From NCBI RefSeq assembly GCF_009914755.1, contig NC_060930.1: a stretch of DNA of 64,000 nucleotides; one strand, written 5' to 3'. This document shows positions 27,251 to 41,310 of the stretch, one piece after another. The stretch's first letter is position 1. The number at the start of each line of letters is the position of its first letter. The stretch is from the human T2T-CHM13v2.0 reference genome, Homo sapiens. The translations under genes and the position numbers were made by a program. The notes beneath the pieces are model-generated. The model saw only the letters and a program-made list of their open reading frames with translations. It made no database searches and was not told the DNA's origin.

Positions 27251-28509
27251 CATTTCCTGTGCTGAGCCTTACTTTGCACAATCCTGCATAATGACTTTTA
27301 GAATGAATTGATTAGCAAGGAAAAGAAGGGAAGGGAAAAAGCAAGAAACCATTTGAAAATTTTACATAATACTTTTAATGAAATATTTATTATTCCAAAG
27401 CTGTGCATATGTAATTTTTCTAATAAAAGAAATAATTTATACATTTGCCACTTTGCCTTTAAAAATAGTATACTTCTGTTGGTTTTTTGTTTATTTATAA
27501 AATCTTTGGCTAATTGCTATATTTCATCCATAGCAGACATTTCTTAGCTTGAAATAGTTATTAAAGAATGAAAGCTAACAGTTTTCAATTACTTCAGATT
27601 TTCTAACTGAATTTATAGAAATATATTCTTGTGTAATTCAAATGACTCAAATTCAGGAATATCTAATAAGACAATAGAAAAACTACTCCCACATACTTGC
27701 CAAATACCTTTGGAATTTTACTGGCTTAAAATGTAAAATATATTTCTAAATAGATTTCATATCTTTGTAAGTTATTCACAATTAAACAAAATTCAGAACA
27801 ATGTAATCATTTGCATTAATGTGTAAATATACTTGTACACAAAGAGATTACAATATATAGAGATAGTTATATTTTATTATATAATGTGTGTATATGTGTG
27901 TGTCTTGTATGTATATGTGTGTGTGTATTTACACATATATATGTTCATGCATTATGCCATATGTAGCTGGCCATGTGTGAATGTGTTTTAAGTATTTTTA
28001 TATACTGGGAATGTACATATGCACATATTTAATATCATACGTGCATTTTTTAGAAGCATTCATTTTTATTAGAGTGAGAATTGAGGCTTGAGAGCTTGTT
28101 TCTTTTACATGGGAGACAAAAAAAAAAGTAATTGTTTATTTTTGTTCTCAGAGCTATCACACAAAAATAAAACAGAAAAAGGAAATAAATTTTCCTGAGC
28201 AACTTCTCCTAACTTCAATATCCAGAGAGAAATTAAGAAAATAAGAGGAAAGATGAAAGCCTAACAAGATTTAAGAAGAAAGTTTTCCATTATTCATTTA
28301 ATTCACTTTTAGCTGACCAAGGTAAGGAATGTTGAAGTTTAGATAATGAATGTGTCATGGTGTCAGCATTCTTAAAAAAAAAAAAAAAAAGACTGAGGGT
28401 AGGGGAATGGAGGAGGGAGGGATGTGTTGATAATTATCATGTTAACCTAAGAATGTTTTATTCTGAGTGAGGCTAGTTTAAAACTATATTCTCTAGGTTT
28501 TGTGAGGGA

Positions 28510-29010
28510 GATATTAGGATAATGGATTACATATTCCCTCTATGCATATATCGAGATAAATCTTTAAAAATTCTAAAAGATAAGAAAAAGTTAAAAAAAT
28601 GAGGAATTGCTTTCCAAAAACGATAATTGCAGCAAAATCAATTAGACAATTTTTCTTGATCGCATTTGAAGCTTTGACATCACACATCCCATTTATTTGC
28701 TTCTGGCCTAATAATCCTCTGCATGCTGGGAAATATCTTTGTTCTCTGATAGAAGTAATAAAGCTGTCTGCACGATTCTCTCTTGTGAGACAGAATGTTC
28801 CTATTTTATTTAATCTATTGGTGTGCAGCCTTTTCAAAGTAAATACTTCACACACACTGAACAGAGAAAGACATGCAAGGGGGCTGGCCCGAGAAGTGTA
28901 AAAATTAAAAAGTGCCCTGTGAAGAAATAATGATGGCTCTCTAAAAAATTAAATAAATAAGAATCTCGGGTCAAGCGGGCCTTGACTCTCATTGCTGCTA
29001 GAGTATGGAG
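28510..29010. promoter_or_regulatory. Candidate conserved non-coding element / enhancer
   Basis: Repeat-free, complex sequence with several retained CpGs, multiple TAAT/ATTA cores and TGACA. Inferred from composition only. Confidence 0.35.
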
Positions 29011-31764
29011 TGCTTCATATTCTCCCAACCCCCCTGTTCCATTCAGTTGTTCCTGTTGAATAGAAAGCATCGAGAAAATGAAGAGATCTAAATGCCAGCA
29101 GGAGACGAGCTGCATTCTTCTAGGCATGTCCTGAGCCTAGTCACCCAGAACAACTTGTGATCCCTGGACAAAGCCGTTCACAGCAGGTGGCCATATCAAG
29201 AAATTTTCCTCCTGGAATTAGATATTATCCCAGGAATCACTACTGAGTCAAACATAATGCCCCATCCTGCTGGGTCAAGTAGGATTCCATTTCAATTTCT
29301 TTACACAACGATGCGTTTCATCTTGTCTGCGTACAATGACAGTGCTCAGGCATGAAATAAATTGAAGTGCCTGAAAGGCAGAATTATCCCTTGAACCTGC
29401 AGCATTCCCAACCCCAAAAACACACATTGTCAAGTGAGTTCCAGATAAGCAGGATCTTCAGCAAGTGTTTGTGCTGCTTGGCTTCCTTTAATCATACTCC
29501 CTTTTGTAAAACGGATTTTCGAGGGGAAAGATAAATCATTTCTGAGGAAAAAGGTCATTTTCAAAAGGCTTAAGAGGTTCATTTTGTGTGGCTTTCCAAG
29601 GTGAAACAGGTAATTCAGAGTAGTGAAAGTCTTTTGTGATCAACTTAATTCATCCTTCATATTACCAAGAATAAAAACTATTGAAATAAGACTGAATAAA
29701 CTTCTTTATAACAAAGTTCCTAAGGATAGAAAGTGATGATTTGTTGTTTGTTAAGAAACTGTCCAAACTCCAGCAAATGAAAGTTTAGGTTGAGAGCAAG
29801 CTTTCCTTCCACCTTCTCTTCAGAAAGCATAGTGGTTTTTCTGGGCTGTTTGGCACACATATTTCAATAACTTATCAATAACACACCTCTGTTTACAGAA
29901 CATCAGGCTAGCTTCAGCATAGCCGTAAAGCCAAAGAGCATTTTTCTCCATTGTCACATTATGTTTGAGCTCTTTAGAGATACAGACTTGAGAAAATTCA
30001 AGGAATAACATTTCCTTTCTATTTTACTGAAAACAACCTTTCCATAGCAGTCAGATATTTTGTAATCTTATATTCCACCTGTGAGAATAGTTTTCTTGAA
30101 TTTATATGTGGAAGAAATTGATACAGAAGAAATAAGATATATCTTAATTTTAATAAGTTAGAGTATCTTGCAAATTGTTACCAAAAACAACTACTAGGAC
30201 AAAAGGAAAGAAAGTAAAATACATACAATGACTTGATATTTAATGCATAAATCTTGTAAAATGTTTCTCTTTTAATTTTGATTGATTTGATTTAAATGTG
30301 CATCTTTAGGCAGTCTGGAAGGTCCTTTAGAATATACAATAATAACTAACTGCAAGTTGTTATATATGTTTAGAATTCTATTAATGTTCTTTTTATCTAT
30401 ATAATTGAATATTCAACAGTGATCCCAACATTCAAGTGAATTTGCCTACCAGCTGATAATCGGTTTTAGACTTGCTTTCTTCCACATTGTATAAATTATT
30501 TAACTGTGTATATTGTGGCAGTAAGTGCTGTAATTCTGCAAAGTTACTCTAGCTAAAAGAGTCAGGCACCTATGAATGCACAACTTTAGCCACTAACCCC
30601 ACAGAATTTACTCAGAGTAGTCTAAGGAATCTATAAAAAGAGAAACAGTTGTTACAGGCTATTTACCTAGAAGAGTCAATGAAAAATAATTCCACTTATT
30701 GAAAAGGAATATCACTATGCATTTAGAAATTATATTCAAAGAAATGTGAATGAATACCTGAATGTTTGTGTTTTTCTTGTTTACTAACTTTAATGTTCTA
30801 TTTCATTATTCTATCAATTTTAAAAGGATTTCCTGAAATATGTTAGAGCTAGGCTATGAGAGGATCTATATTTTTCCTAAGCATGTTTAGATACCTACTG
30901 ACAATATGTGCTAGTGATTTTTTAAAATTTTTTCCCCTGAATACCCCTTCACCGTTATGTATATCAATGCCTTAATTCTTTAGACACTTATATTTTTTCC
31001 ATAGTAAGCATCTTAAAATTGTAGCTTGTGTTATATAATATATATCTCATTACACTTAACATTCTAGAACTAAAGTTGCTCAATACCTGCTTAATAAGTA
31101 CATTAATAGTTGAATGTTTTATTTAAAAAATAAATACATATTTGAAATAAACTTACAAAAAGTGAGTAGGAGATGACTATTTGCCCTTCCAGATGATTTT
31201 CATTTTTAGACAGATTTTTTAAAATTTTCTAAATTTAAAGACTAATATCTTAATATCTAGAAGGAATTTAAGTCTAAACTTTTATTGCATGTTATTTTCC
31301 AGAATTCAGTTTCATAATGCTAAATAGATATTTAGGTAAAAATTTTAATTTGGAAGGCTTTTCGACTTAGCTCCCCAATTAATTTATATTTTACAGTTAC
31401 TGATGAAGTATCTTCATGGGTAATTTTTTTCAAGTACTGAAAACTCTTTTTTTTTCAGTGCAAACCCATTCTTTATGAATATTTGTCATGAGCTTTACCT
31501 GAATGTTCTGATTGAGCCACGTATGAATCTTCAAAGGAAAGTGAAAATTGCTATAAAGAAATTTTCTGCACCAAATGTAGATTGATTATGATATTGTCCA
31601 CAAGTAGATTTGGTTATAATAGAGATTTTAATTTATACTTTTTTAGGTTTTCAACACGTAAAAATATCAAGTTCGAGGAAAGGTTTTTGTTGTTGTTGTT
31701 TTATCTTAACAATCTATGTAAAGTAAATAGTGGAATATTTTTGCATTCAGTGTCCTGTGCAAAG

Positions 31765-32143
31765 ACTGAGCTACAATATGGTGCAGTGACAAATAACCAC
31801 CAAATCCCAGCCACTTAAAGTGATATCTCACTTACTCTGCATGTCCTTCTGTGGCATCAGAGCTCAGGGCTTAATGAAGTCCCTAGAGGCCCAGGGTTGA
31901 GGGAGCGGTGATCTCCCAAATGTTTCTCATCTCCATACCAGAAGGGAAAGAAGAATATGGGAAACTGCACATGAGCTATGAAAATGTTATCTGGAAGTGA
32001 CACAGTCACTTGAATTTCACTGGCCAAAGCAAGCCATCTGGCCACAACTAACCTCAAAAGTGTAAGAAAGTGTAATTCTATCATGTTCCTGCAAGGGGGA
32101 AGAAGCAGAATTCTAAGTGAGCAGAATTAATGATTCCCTATAC
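31765..32143 (-). mobile_element. MLT1 (MLT1I/J-like) solo LTR
   Basis: GCAGTGACAAATAACC..AAATCCCAG, GAAGTGACACAGTCAC..TTTCACTGGCCAAAGCAAG and AAGTGTAATTCTATCATG match antisense MLT1I/J. Confidence 0.8.
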
Positions 32144-34384
32144 AATTTATGTCATCAGCCTTCTCTTTCTTACTTTCAGAAAGATATTAAACCTCTCCAA
32201 TATCTCTGACCTTACCGTCATTCAAGATACACACATTTAGAGCCTCCTATTTTAAAAATGTGAGCTTCTTATTGTGGAGATGTGAGAGTTTCCCCACTTC
32301 CAGCTTGACTCACCTCAAAAGATTTTACTTTGATGGCACAGTGGTAAGCTTCTGCATCCTCTAAATTGGATATTCCTCTGATTGGTGGCCACTGTTGCAT
32401 TCAATATTTTTGCTTTATTGTTAACATCAGTATCTTAGTTATCAACAAAGAATATCCGTAGTAACTAATAAAAGCACCTGTGAGCACTTTAAGACAGTGA
32501 AGCATTGTACTGAACATAAAGGCTCATAGTTCCCTTAAACACAGACATTGCCCAACTGCCATTCAGGTCAGGGATAAAAGGAGTAGAGGAACAGTCAGGT
32601 CCAGAGATGCATTCTAGTAATAAATTCTGTGCCCCCCACAGTTTTGTGTCTTGAAGATTATTTCTCTTATAGTATCTGTTCTCAAAACATTTTAGACCCA
32701 CCATGTGAGAGACAGTATCTGCCCCCAGGGAAAAGAGAAAACATGTTTTTAAAAGAAGAAGAAGAAGAAGGAGAAAGAAGTGTTTGTTTTGGATGGTGTT
32801 TTAGAAATGTGAAGGAAGAAACAGGGTTAGGAATACATGGAATGTGGTATGAGAAGTGGCATGGCTGTGAACCACATGTTTAAGACACAAAAAGATGATA
32901 TTGATCTAATAATGGTAAGAAAAACAAGACTGATAAAAAACAAAGAAATTATAATTTCAGATTTTCAAGTAGCATAATGGTTTCTCAGTGGAAAAGTTTT
33001 CTTGATGAGTGCTTGAAATATGAGATGTAGAATATTTAATCTTATATAAAGAATTTAATATCAACGTGTTATTTGTAAAAGTAAAAAAAAAAAAGATTAT
33101 CAAAACAAATAATAAACCTTGGGAGTCAGAATAAAAACGAGGATAGATAATGTCAAGAAATCAAGAAGATAATAGTGCTAGTTTCCTGATTCTATAGTGA
33201 AGATAATTGTAAAGCAGTTTAAAGCTAAGATCAAGGCAAAAGGATACTTGAACTTAGTTGGGAGTACATTTGTAAATGAATGGGTTATGGAAAGGGGAGG
33301 AGTACAAGCTAAATTACAAAGTTGAGGTTAATAAAGAAAACTGAATAATTTTACATTTATACCTAATAATTTTGAAAGTAAAGATGAAAAACTCTACTTT
33401 GTAGAAAATGCCAAATCGACACTAAGAAAGAAAATGCATAAAATTGAAGAATTCTCAGAGAATGCAGAAATATGAACTATATGTGATATTATTGAGAAAT
33501 ATAAGAGAACTTATACTACTTCTACTCCTACCATTTAATGAAAAATGTCTAGGCTAATTTTGTAACAATCACATTTTACCTTCTTTACTAAAGAAAATAT
33601 AATTTGAATATAGGGAAGTTATTGAGAAAAAAAAAACACCTCCTGTATACAATCATACTTCTTGAGTGGATCTGAGCAGCAAAGGTGGACAGAAAGGGCT
33701 GTTACAACTGGATCATGTTGAATAACCAAGACAGAAAGAGCTGAAGGGAAGTAGTAAAGCAGAAGGAGGAGAAATCTATCAGGGAACCAATAAGGTGGTG
33801 TGAAGCTAGGACAGTGTGTTGTGAAGTGATCACTAAAATATACCTGTTAGTTGATTCAGGCTTTTAGAAAAACTATGAGTAAAGTCAAACATTAGATTTA
33901 AGGTAATTTGCGTCTGCAAAATTAGCACCCCAACTTAGCCTCACATCCATTAATGTAGCCCATTACACACATATGCACACATTTGATAATGGTTAGACTT
34001 GTTATGAAACCCAACTGAAGTTTTATGCCTGGGTTCCAAGCAATTCAGAACATAAGCAACATGTGGGGGGTAGTGACATGAGCTAACAACTGAACTAAAT
34101 CAATAAAGAAAATAGTGTATCTCCAGAGTTGAACATGAGAATATAAGGTTATCCTAAGACCTTCAGTTAAATAGAGAATACTTGCAGCATGCTCTGGAAT
34201 TCCAGCGGGCATGATATAAGGAAGGAGCATCCTCGAAGCAAATAGCTGCATCTCAATGGGTAGGAAAACCCCTGAGGACTTCTGGCTTTCATGTGAGGAT
34301 AAGGAATATATTCGTAGGTTGTTTAATTAGTTATTAAATTAATTTTCAATGCCCATGCCAGTTGAGCCACATATTTTATCTCTT

Positions 34385-34800
34385 CAATTCAACCCAATGG
34401 AAAATTATTGAGGTCCTCTCATAGGTATTTGTATAATGGTCAGACATACAAGTGCGAATGAGAGACAGCCTCTATTACTGAAGTCCTCACAATCTGTCTG
34501 CTGGACAAGAGTGGAGAAAGGGACTGAAAAAATGACTCCTACCAACATAAGGAGATAGTGCTAGAGCAGCAGTGTGAATCAAGTGCTATAGACATGGAGA
34601 TGAAGGGAGCAGGAAGGAATAACCACAAATAAGAGAACACTTTTTATCAGAGCTCAAAGGATTGGCAGGGTTTAACTAGACAGAAAAATACAGATACATG
34701 GAAGTCCATAAATAAGCATATAGAGAATGAATGTGCCTCATGTGATTGGAGTCTATTGGAAGTTAGTTGATTTAGAAAAAGAGGACAGGAGAGTGTCACC
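34385..34800 (-). mobile_element. L2 fragment
   Basis: TTCAATTCAAC..TTATTGAG..GAATGAGAGACAGCCTCT..CTCACAATCT resembles the antisense L2 3' end. Confidence 0.5.
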
Positions 34801-35600
34801 ACTGGCTAGTGAGCAGGCAGGCATCAGCGCTAAGAAGAAACACAATGTTAAGAATAAAATGATCTGAATAAAATAAATAGTACACTTTTTCTTATTGCTA
34901 CATTACATTACATTAATATTACATCATTGTAATGTAATATTACACTAAGGTAATATTACATCAATATGACATTATTGAGTGCAATAACTGATCATGTTTT
35001 CAAAATAACTGTCTTTGTTTTCTCTCATATAACTCTGTTCTGTGTACATATGTCCTGTGTCTCAATTGCGATCACCTTCTTCTCAGATCTCCAAGCCAGA
35101 AAGCTTAAAGCCATCACTCACAGCATAATTTTTATTTTCCCTTTCCAAAACCCTTGGATATAAGAAAAACAAAACAAATAATCCAACAAAATAACCCTCC
35201 CCCTTACTGCAACCAATTTCTAACTAGTCCCTAAATTTATTTATTGCATCCCATAGGATGCTACCAGTTTTGTTGATTCCTCTCCATTTTTACTGCAGAA
35301 TTCCTAACTTAGGTCTTCATAACTGTAGATTTGTATTTCCACTTTTACTTTCTTGCTAGCTTCCCTACATTCTCCTTATCAATCCCACCAAACGATTATG
35401 CAAACTGCTTCCAGATGTGTCTCTCTAAAGTTCAGACACAGTCATGTCATGTCTCTTATTATGAAGCTCAGTGGAAAAATGCTTGAATATGACATTTAAG
35501 ACCATTATTTTTCTCCTACCTGCCTGATAACTGCAATTCTCTGTCAATAATAGTTAACAATATTAGAGCATTCATGGTTCCTCTCTGATTGCCTTTCACA

Positions 35601-35666
35601 TCTATCTCTCATCTATCTATCTATCTATCTATCTAACTATCTATCTATTTATCTATCATCTATCTA
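35601..35666. repeat. (TCTA)n tetranucleotide microsatellite, interrupted
   Basis: Directly visible. Confidence 0.92.
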
Positions 35667-35771
35667 ACAAATATTACATCAATGCAGTTGTATATCCTCT
35701 ACTTACCATGATTTTTCCAACCTAGGCCTCAGACCATTGGAAAAGCAGTACTGCATATTAAGAACATTATG

Positions 35772-36072
35772 GGCTGGGTGTGGTGGCTCATGCCTGTAAT
35801 CCCAGCACTTTGGGAGGCCAAGGCGGGCAGATCACCTGAGGTCAGCCCTTCAAGACCAGCCTGACCAACATGGAGAAACCCCTTCTCTACTAAAGATACA
35901 AAATTAGCCAAGCGTGGTGGCACATGACAGATACTCAGGAGGCTGAGGCAGGGGAATCTCTTGAACCCAGGAAGCACAGGTGGTGGTGAGCTGAGATCGC
36001 GCCATTGCACTCCAGCCTGGGCAACAAGGGCAAAACTCAAAAAAAAAAAAAAAAAAACCAAAAAAAAAAAAA
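35772..36072 (+). mobile_element. AluSp-like element
   Basis: Diagnostic CTGACCAACATGGAGAAACCC and GGCAACAAG. Small deletion in the right monomer. Long A tail followed by (AG)n. Confidence 0.93.
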
Positions 36073-38172
36073 GAGAGAGAGAGAAAGCACTGTGGCTTTT
36101 AAACCGCTGCACATTTGCCGAAAATTTATTTGAGGAGATTTAACTGTTGTTAATCTAATTTACAAATTTTATTTTGCTTACAATGCTCATATTAACAAAT
36201 CTATAAGGGCCCTGTTCCCATGAGCTAGGTTGAAGTGAGAGGTGAGGGATGGGGTACAGAATGCAGAACTCATGACTTTTAAATACAGTGCACACTGTTT
36301 TGCAACTCAGAATGTGTAATTACCTAAAAAGTGGAGATGGAGGGAAGGAAGAAAGCCCCAAATGTCCTGATTTATGAAGGTGTTCTGCCCTCACAGCTGC
36401 ACAACCCCTGGGTGAACTGTGATTCACACTGTTTGCTGTGTCAAGCCTTTCTCCTGTTAGTGAATAGCATCCCCTTTTGGTGTGCAAAAAGTGTGGGCAG
36501 TCTTACAATGGGAACTGGATCCCTTTAAACATATGATTTAAAGCTTCCTTTTTAAGGATTTACCCATCGACAAAGTTTTAAAACTTATCATGGTATCACA
36601 TGCAAGAAAAATGCAATCTCTGACAAATTATGTCAAGGAAGGCAGGTACTGTTTCTAGTGATCAAGGTATGAAAACAATTCATCCTCATTTGGTAAGAAG
36701 TATCTCATTTTCTTACTATACCTTTCTTATTTCTGGATGCATTACCTAAATTTGTAATTTACAAGTTGTAATTAGAAACTCTGAGATAATAGATTTTACG
36801 AACAAAGGAATGGTTATGTTGAAATGCATTAGATGAGTTTGTTTTAAGACAGACCAAAAGATGATTAGTGAATATTACATACTTTAGGAGGCTTAAAAAG
36901 TTGTTTGTATTAATTTACTGAATAATATATCTTTACGTAATGACAAAAAAAGTAATCATGTTTTTACCTTATTATAGCAAGTGACCTAACCCATTTTAAA
37001 TCATGTAAGTGATTAAATTTGGAGACAAGATCAAAATATCTTTCATCATCAGATGCAAAGAAATGACAACTAGAGACACAGCAGTAAGAAAAACACCCAC
37101 CCTACTGAAATCCATTATATCAGAAAGGTTACATCGAACGGACTTTATCACATTACTAAAGGATTGAAAATTAACCCAAGGTTATCCACTTCATACAAAA
37201 TAAACATTGAACATTCAGTGCAGCAATGTCTTTACTGCCTGCATGATGACTTACAATATAACACATACTGGTTTTTGAATGTTTTACTGTGAAAGCTGAT
37301 TTAAAATAATCTTTGAAAGGACTTTTTTTTGAGGAGCTCTTTATTATTATTAAAAGGGTAAGTGCCAGAGCAGCAGCAGGAAACCACTTAAATAGAGGTT
37401 CAGATACCCTGTTCTTAATAGGACAAGCTTTAAGTATTTTTATACACAAAATAGACTGACACAATTTCCTGTGGGGTTTCTTCAACGTATGTAATACCCA
37501 TTATGATACAACAAAGTAGTATTGACATGAAACTAATAAAGTGGGATTTTTTATCTTTCTTTATGCATTTAAAAATTCTTACAGGATATATGAGATAATT
37601 CAAAGAAAACTTGAATTCAAGTGGAAAATGCTTGCAGAGGAAATGATATGGGCCACTTATGTGGACTCTCAATTTTTTCTTGAAATTGTGAAATTTTTGA
37701 CATGACATCCAGCTGCATAATAGTAGAACACAACAAAAAATGAAAAAACAATGTAAGGAGGGGGAAGCTCCTTTTACTGATATTAAAATTGTTCTGATCA
37801 GAAATATGCCATGCATCGTTTGTAAAAATAAATTATTCCATAGCCAGCTAAGCCAAGATCAAGAATAAATGAATGAAAATTCAGGTTTTCACTTTTTAAA
37901 AACATTGAATAATAAAAACCACATTGATTTGACATAAAATTAATCATTGGTAAAATATTTCCACTTTATTTCACAAGATTAACTTAATTATCCTTTTATC
38001 TGCCACAAGAAGGACAAATTAAGAGATATCCTTTAGGACTGAACTCTTAATGCAAAACATTTCTTCAGAGAGGGAAGTAGATGCAAAGTTTAAGAGCTCT
38101 TTGCAGTTGGGAAGTTGCAGCTTGAAGATACATTGACATTCTTCCGCTGTTTAATGCCTTCTTAATGCTGCT

Positions 38173-38202
38173 CATGCATGCACGCACGCGCATAGACACA
38201 CA

Positions 38203-38236
<34 letters not shown>
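38173..38236. repeat. (CA)n with a CATG/CACG/CG leader (alternating purine-pyrimidine)
   Basis: CATGCATGCACGCACGCGCATAGACACACAGA(CA)n. Confidence 0.93.
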
Positions 38237-38238
<2 letters not shown>

Positions 38239-38329
38239 GCTCATTTAATGGCAAATAATTGCTGTTTCTATTTGAATTGATTAAGATATATTTTAAAAAG
38301 TAGGCTTTTGGCTTTTGAAATGGCACCCG

Positions 38330-38560
38330 TAATACCAAAGTGACATAATACTGCACTTCTGTAATTCAAATGGGCGGCCATCGAGGCAAGAGAAGCAAGT
38401 GCCTCTGTGCAATTTTCCTCCTTTTTTTGTGAGTTAAGCAGATTTACTCTTTAACGGTGGAGCTTCAGCGGATGATTATGACATCAAAGTGTGACAGACA
38501 GTGATTATGTACTGCAGGGAGAAAATGCAGTTAAAAAGAGACAATTCATTCCCATAGCTT
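38330..38560. promoter_or_regulatory. Candidate developmental enhancer (TCF/LEF plus MEIS/TGIF motifs)
   Basis: ACATCAAAG at 38481-38489 and TGACAG at 38492-38497, flanked by TGATTATG twice. CpGs retained, no repeats. Confidence 0.4.
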
Positions 38561-41202
38561 AAAGGGACAACTTCCTTGGCCAAAAGTAAAATAAACTCTA
38601 TCATCCCAGGCTTCTTTCTGAAAGAAAGGAGAGTGGAGGCTTAGTCTGTTTCATTTGATTTTTCATTTCCTTTCATACTTTAGAATCACACTGTCTCCCC
38701 ACATACTCAAATACCTTTCCCATCATAGTCACCCACTCATCACATATCCTCTGATTTCTGACTGAATTATTTGCTGTATTTCAGTATTTTTATCTGCAGA
38801 TATCTAAATATCAGGCACTTACACTTTACTGAAAATGACGCCTGTTGTTACAGCCTGATTTTGCTTTTTTTGAACTCAATTATCCTTCTCAATTTGTGAC
38901 CTCCCTTTAGCTTTTACAAAGCTGTTAGAAATTGTACCTGGAATATGGTTTAGTCAGATATTTGCGAATTTATTGTCAAAAATTAAATATTTATGATTTT
39001 TTGCTGTTTTATATTTAATTTTACTGTTTTTAATTCCCAGTCCTTTAATGTAACTTTTTCATAAATATACTAATTACATGGGTTAATTATAACAAATGTT
39101 GAATTTAACAAGGCCCAAAGTTGGGTAATTTAGTAGTTTAGTTGGCAAAATTTTATTAAGCAGAATCACCTTGATTCTTAGCCAGACACACGGCTCTCAA
39201 TATAAAATTAGCATATGGTGTGTGAAATTTAAAAATAAAAATTACTATGAATTCCTGTGAAATTTTTAATAATAATTTATATATTTAAGTTTGTTTTATT
39301 CTGAGAAAAAAATTGCCATTTTACTGTGTCTGAATTGTTTTGTAATATATTTTTAGGGAAATATTATGTCTTTTTAATTATGACACTTATATAACAAAAC
39401 AAAAATATTTAAATATAGAAACTTCCCAAAGATATTAGTTTTACTAATCTAATCAAGATAAGTAAATTATTGGGATGAATCAATAATGAAACTAAGAAGA
39501 AACAATAGGATAAGCACAGTATTTATTCAAAACATTAATTTGTCTTGTTTTTTGAATTATCACCTAAATAGAATTCGTAACAACATTTTGTTGATGTGTC
39601 CATACATTTTCTACTTAGAAAAGGAGATAAATTATATAAAGTATCTTTAAGTTGGAGATTATTCCAATTAAAATATTTTGGAATAAATTAAAACTCAGTA
39701 ACATTCAAATGAATAATACTAAAAATGTTTTCTATAGAGAGAATTTTTAGAACATGTATTTTATATGTATTCAACCCCATATATTCAAATTTGAATTTGT
39801 GAAGAAAAGTTAGCATGTGGCAAAATTATAATATTGAGATCAAGTATTAAACAGGAATATTTATAATCCTCTGTTTTACTATCAAAAAACAATTAATAGT
39901 TGGCAATTTATTATTCTTTATATTAATAAAGAATATTCTATATATTTTGCAATTTATTATTCTTATGTGTTTTAAGGTCTATATAATGCTAATGTTCTTG
40001 TTGCTATTGTTGTGTTACCTTTATATTTTAAACAGAGCATTCAGCTTGGAGTGGATAATACCCTCTTATGCATTTGGCATCATTTAATGTCTCTATGCAA
40101 TAATTTCAATATTGTGTGACGTTTGGCTTGCCAAAACAAAACCCTGGAGGGCTTCATTTGTTTGTTATTTTGTCTTCTTTTATCTGCCTGTCTGTGTATC
40201 TACCTATTTGGTCTTCGCAACAATCTTATCTTCAATGTAGACATGATGTAATACAGTTAAACATGCGTGCAATTTAGAAACATGGATTTAAATAATTGAA
40301 GGAGTCTTATGAAACTTATTCCCACACCTTTAGTTTGTTTTCCAACACTCTTCATCATATTACTGACTACATGACCTCAGGATAAGAGTAAATAACATGC
40401 ATTTTGTATTGTGGAGCTTCACAATACAACGAAATCATAGAGAAAATGACATCTTGAAGTTTTTCCTCATCAAAAAGTGAGACAGAATTTGCTTTGATAG
40501 ATTGTAGTTGCTGGGCTAGCCCATTTTTATTAACTGTATCAAGTAGGCATCAAAATTGCTGACCTTCAGGAGATTCTTCCATTTTAAAAATTTGATTTCT
40601 AAATAATTGGAAGTTTTAGAGAATATTCTTCTATACTTTATCAATAACAGTATTGCCACAAAACAAAAGGTAAATCTAGTTATGAAAAACGCAAAATGCC
40701 TGTCTTATATCAATGGAGTAGAGTAAGTAAAATATGGGAACATGAATATTATCAAAGATACCAAAACCCAATCACTTGTATTTGTGACCATAAAATCATG
40801 CAAAGCTGCTCCAAGTGAGAAAATATATATATTTTGTGTTAAATATGAATTGAAATGCAATTATTTCCTAAAGTTGTCAAATAATGGTAATATATGCAAT
40901 AAAATGCTATTGAGAAAATAATAATATGTTTTTCTAAGACTCTTCACTGTTAGAAATCTACTTTTTCATATTGTACCATTCTGAATTAGGATGTGGACAG
41001 CAGCAGTTTTGACATGGTTATTTTGTCTTCATAAGTGCCTTAAACTTGTGGAATAAGTGTCAAGGCCTGGAAGAAAATCCTTCAGACCATAGTGGAACAC
41101 TCTTTTAGAAAATACTCAATGATAAAAGGAGATACCATAGAGGAGAAAACATTGATATTGATGACTATGAGTCAAAGCTGTTCTGATAGAACAGCTGGAT
41201 AG

Positions 41203-41310
41203 CCTAGGTTTTCTTCTAGGGTTTTTATGGTTTTAGGCACATGTATACATACATAACAAACCTGCACTTTGTGCACATGTACCCTAGAACTTAAAGTAGT
41301 AAAAAAAAAA
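41203..41310 (+). mobile_element. 108-bp L1PA insertion with a 5' inversion (twin priming)
   Basis: Inverted ORF2 piece at 41203-41237, sense L1PA 3' terminus at 41238-41300, then A10. TSD AGAACAGCTGGATAG (41188-41202) / AGAACAGCTGGCTAG (41311-41325). Confidence 0.92.

Noticed and set aside
28514-29127. Three overlapping ~100-aa ORFs
   Set aside because: No recognisable protein similarity or exon structure. Better explained as a non-coding element.
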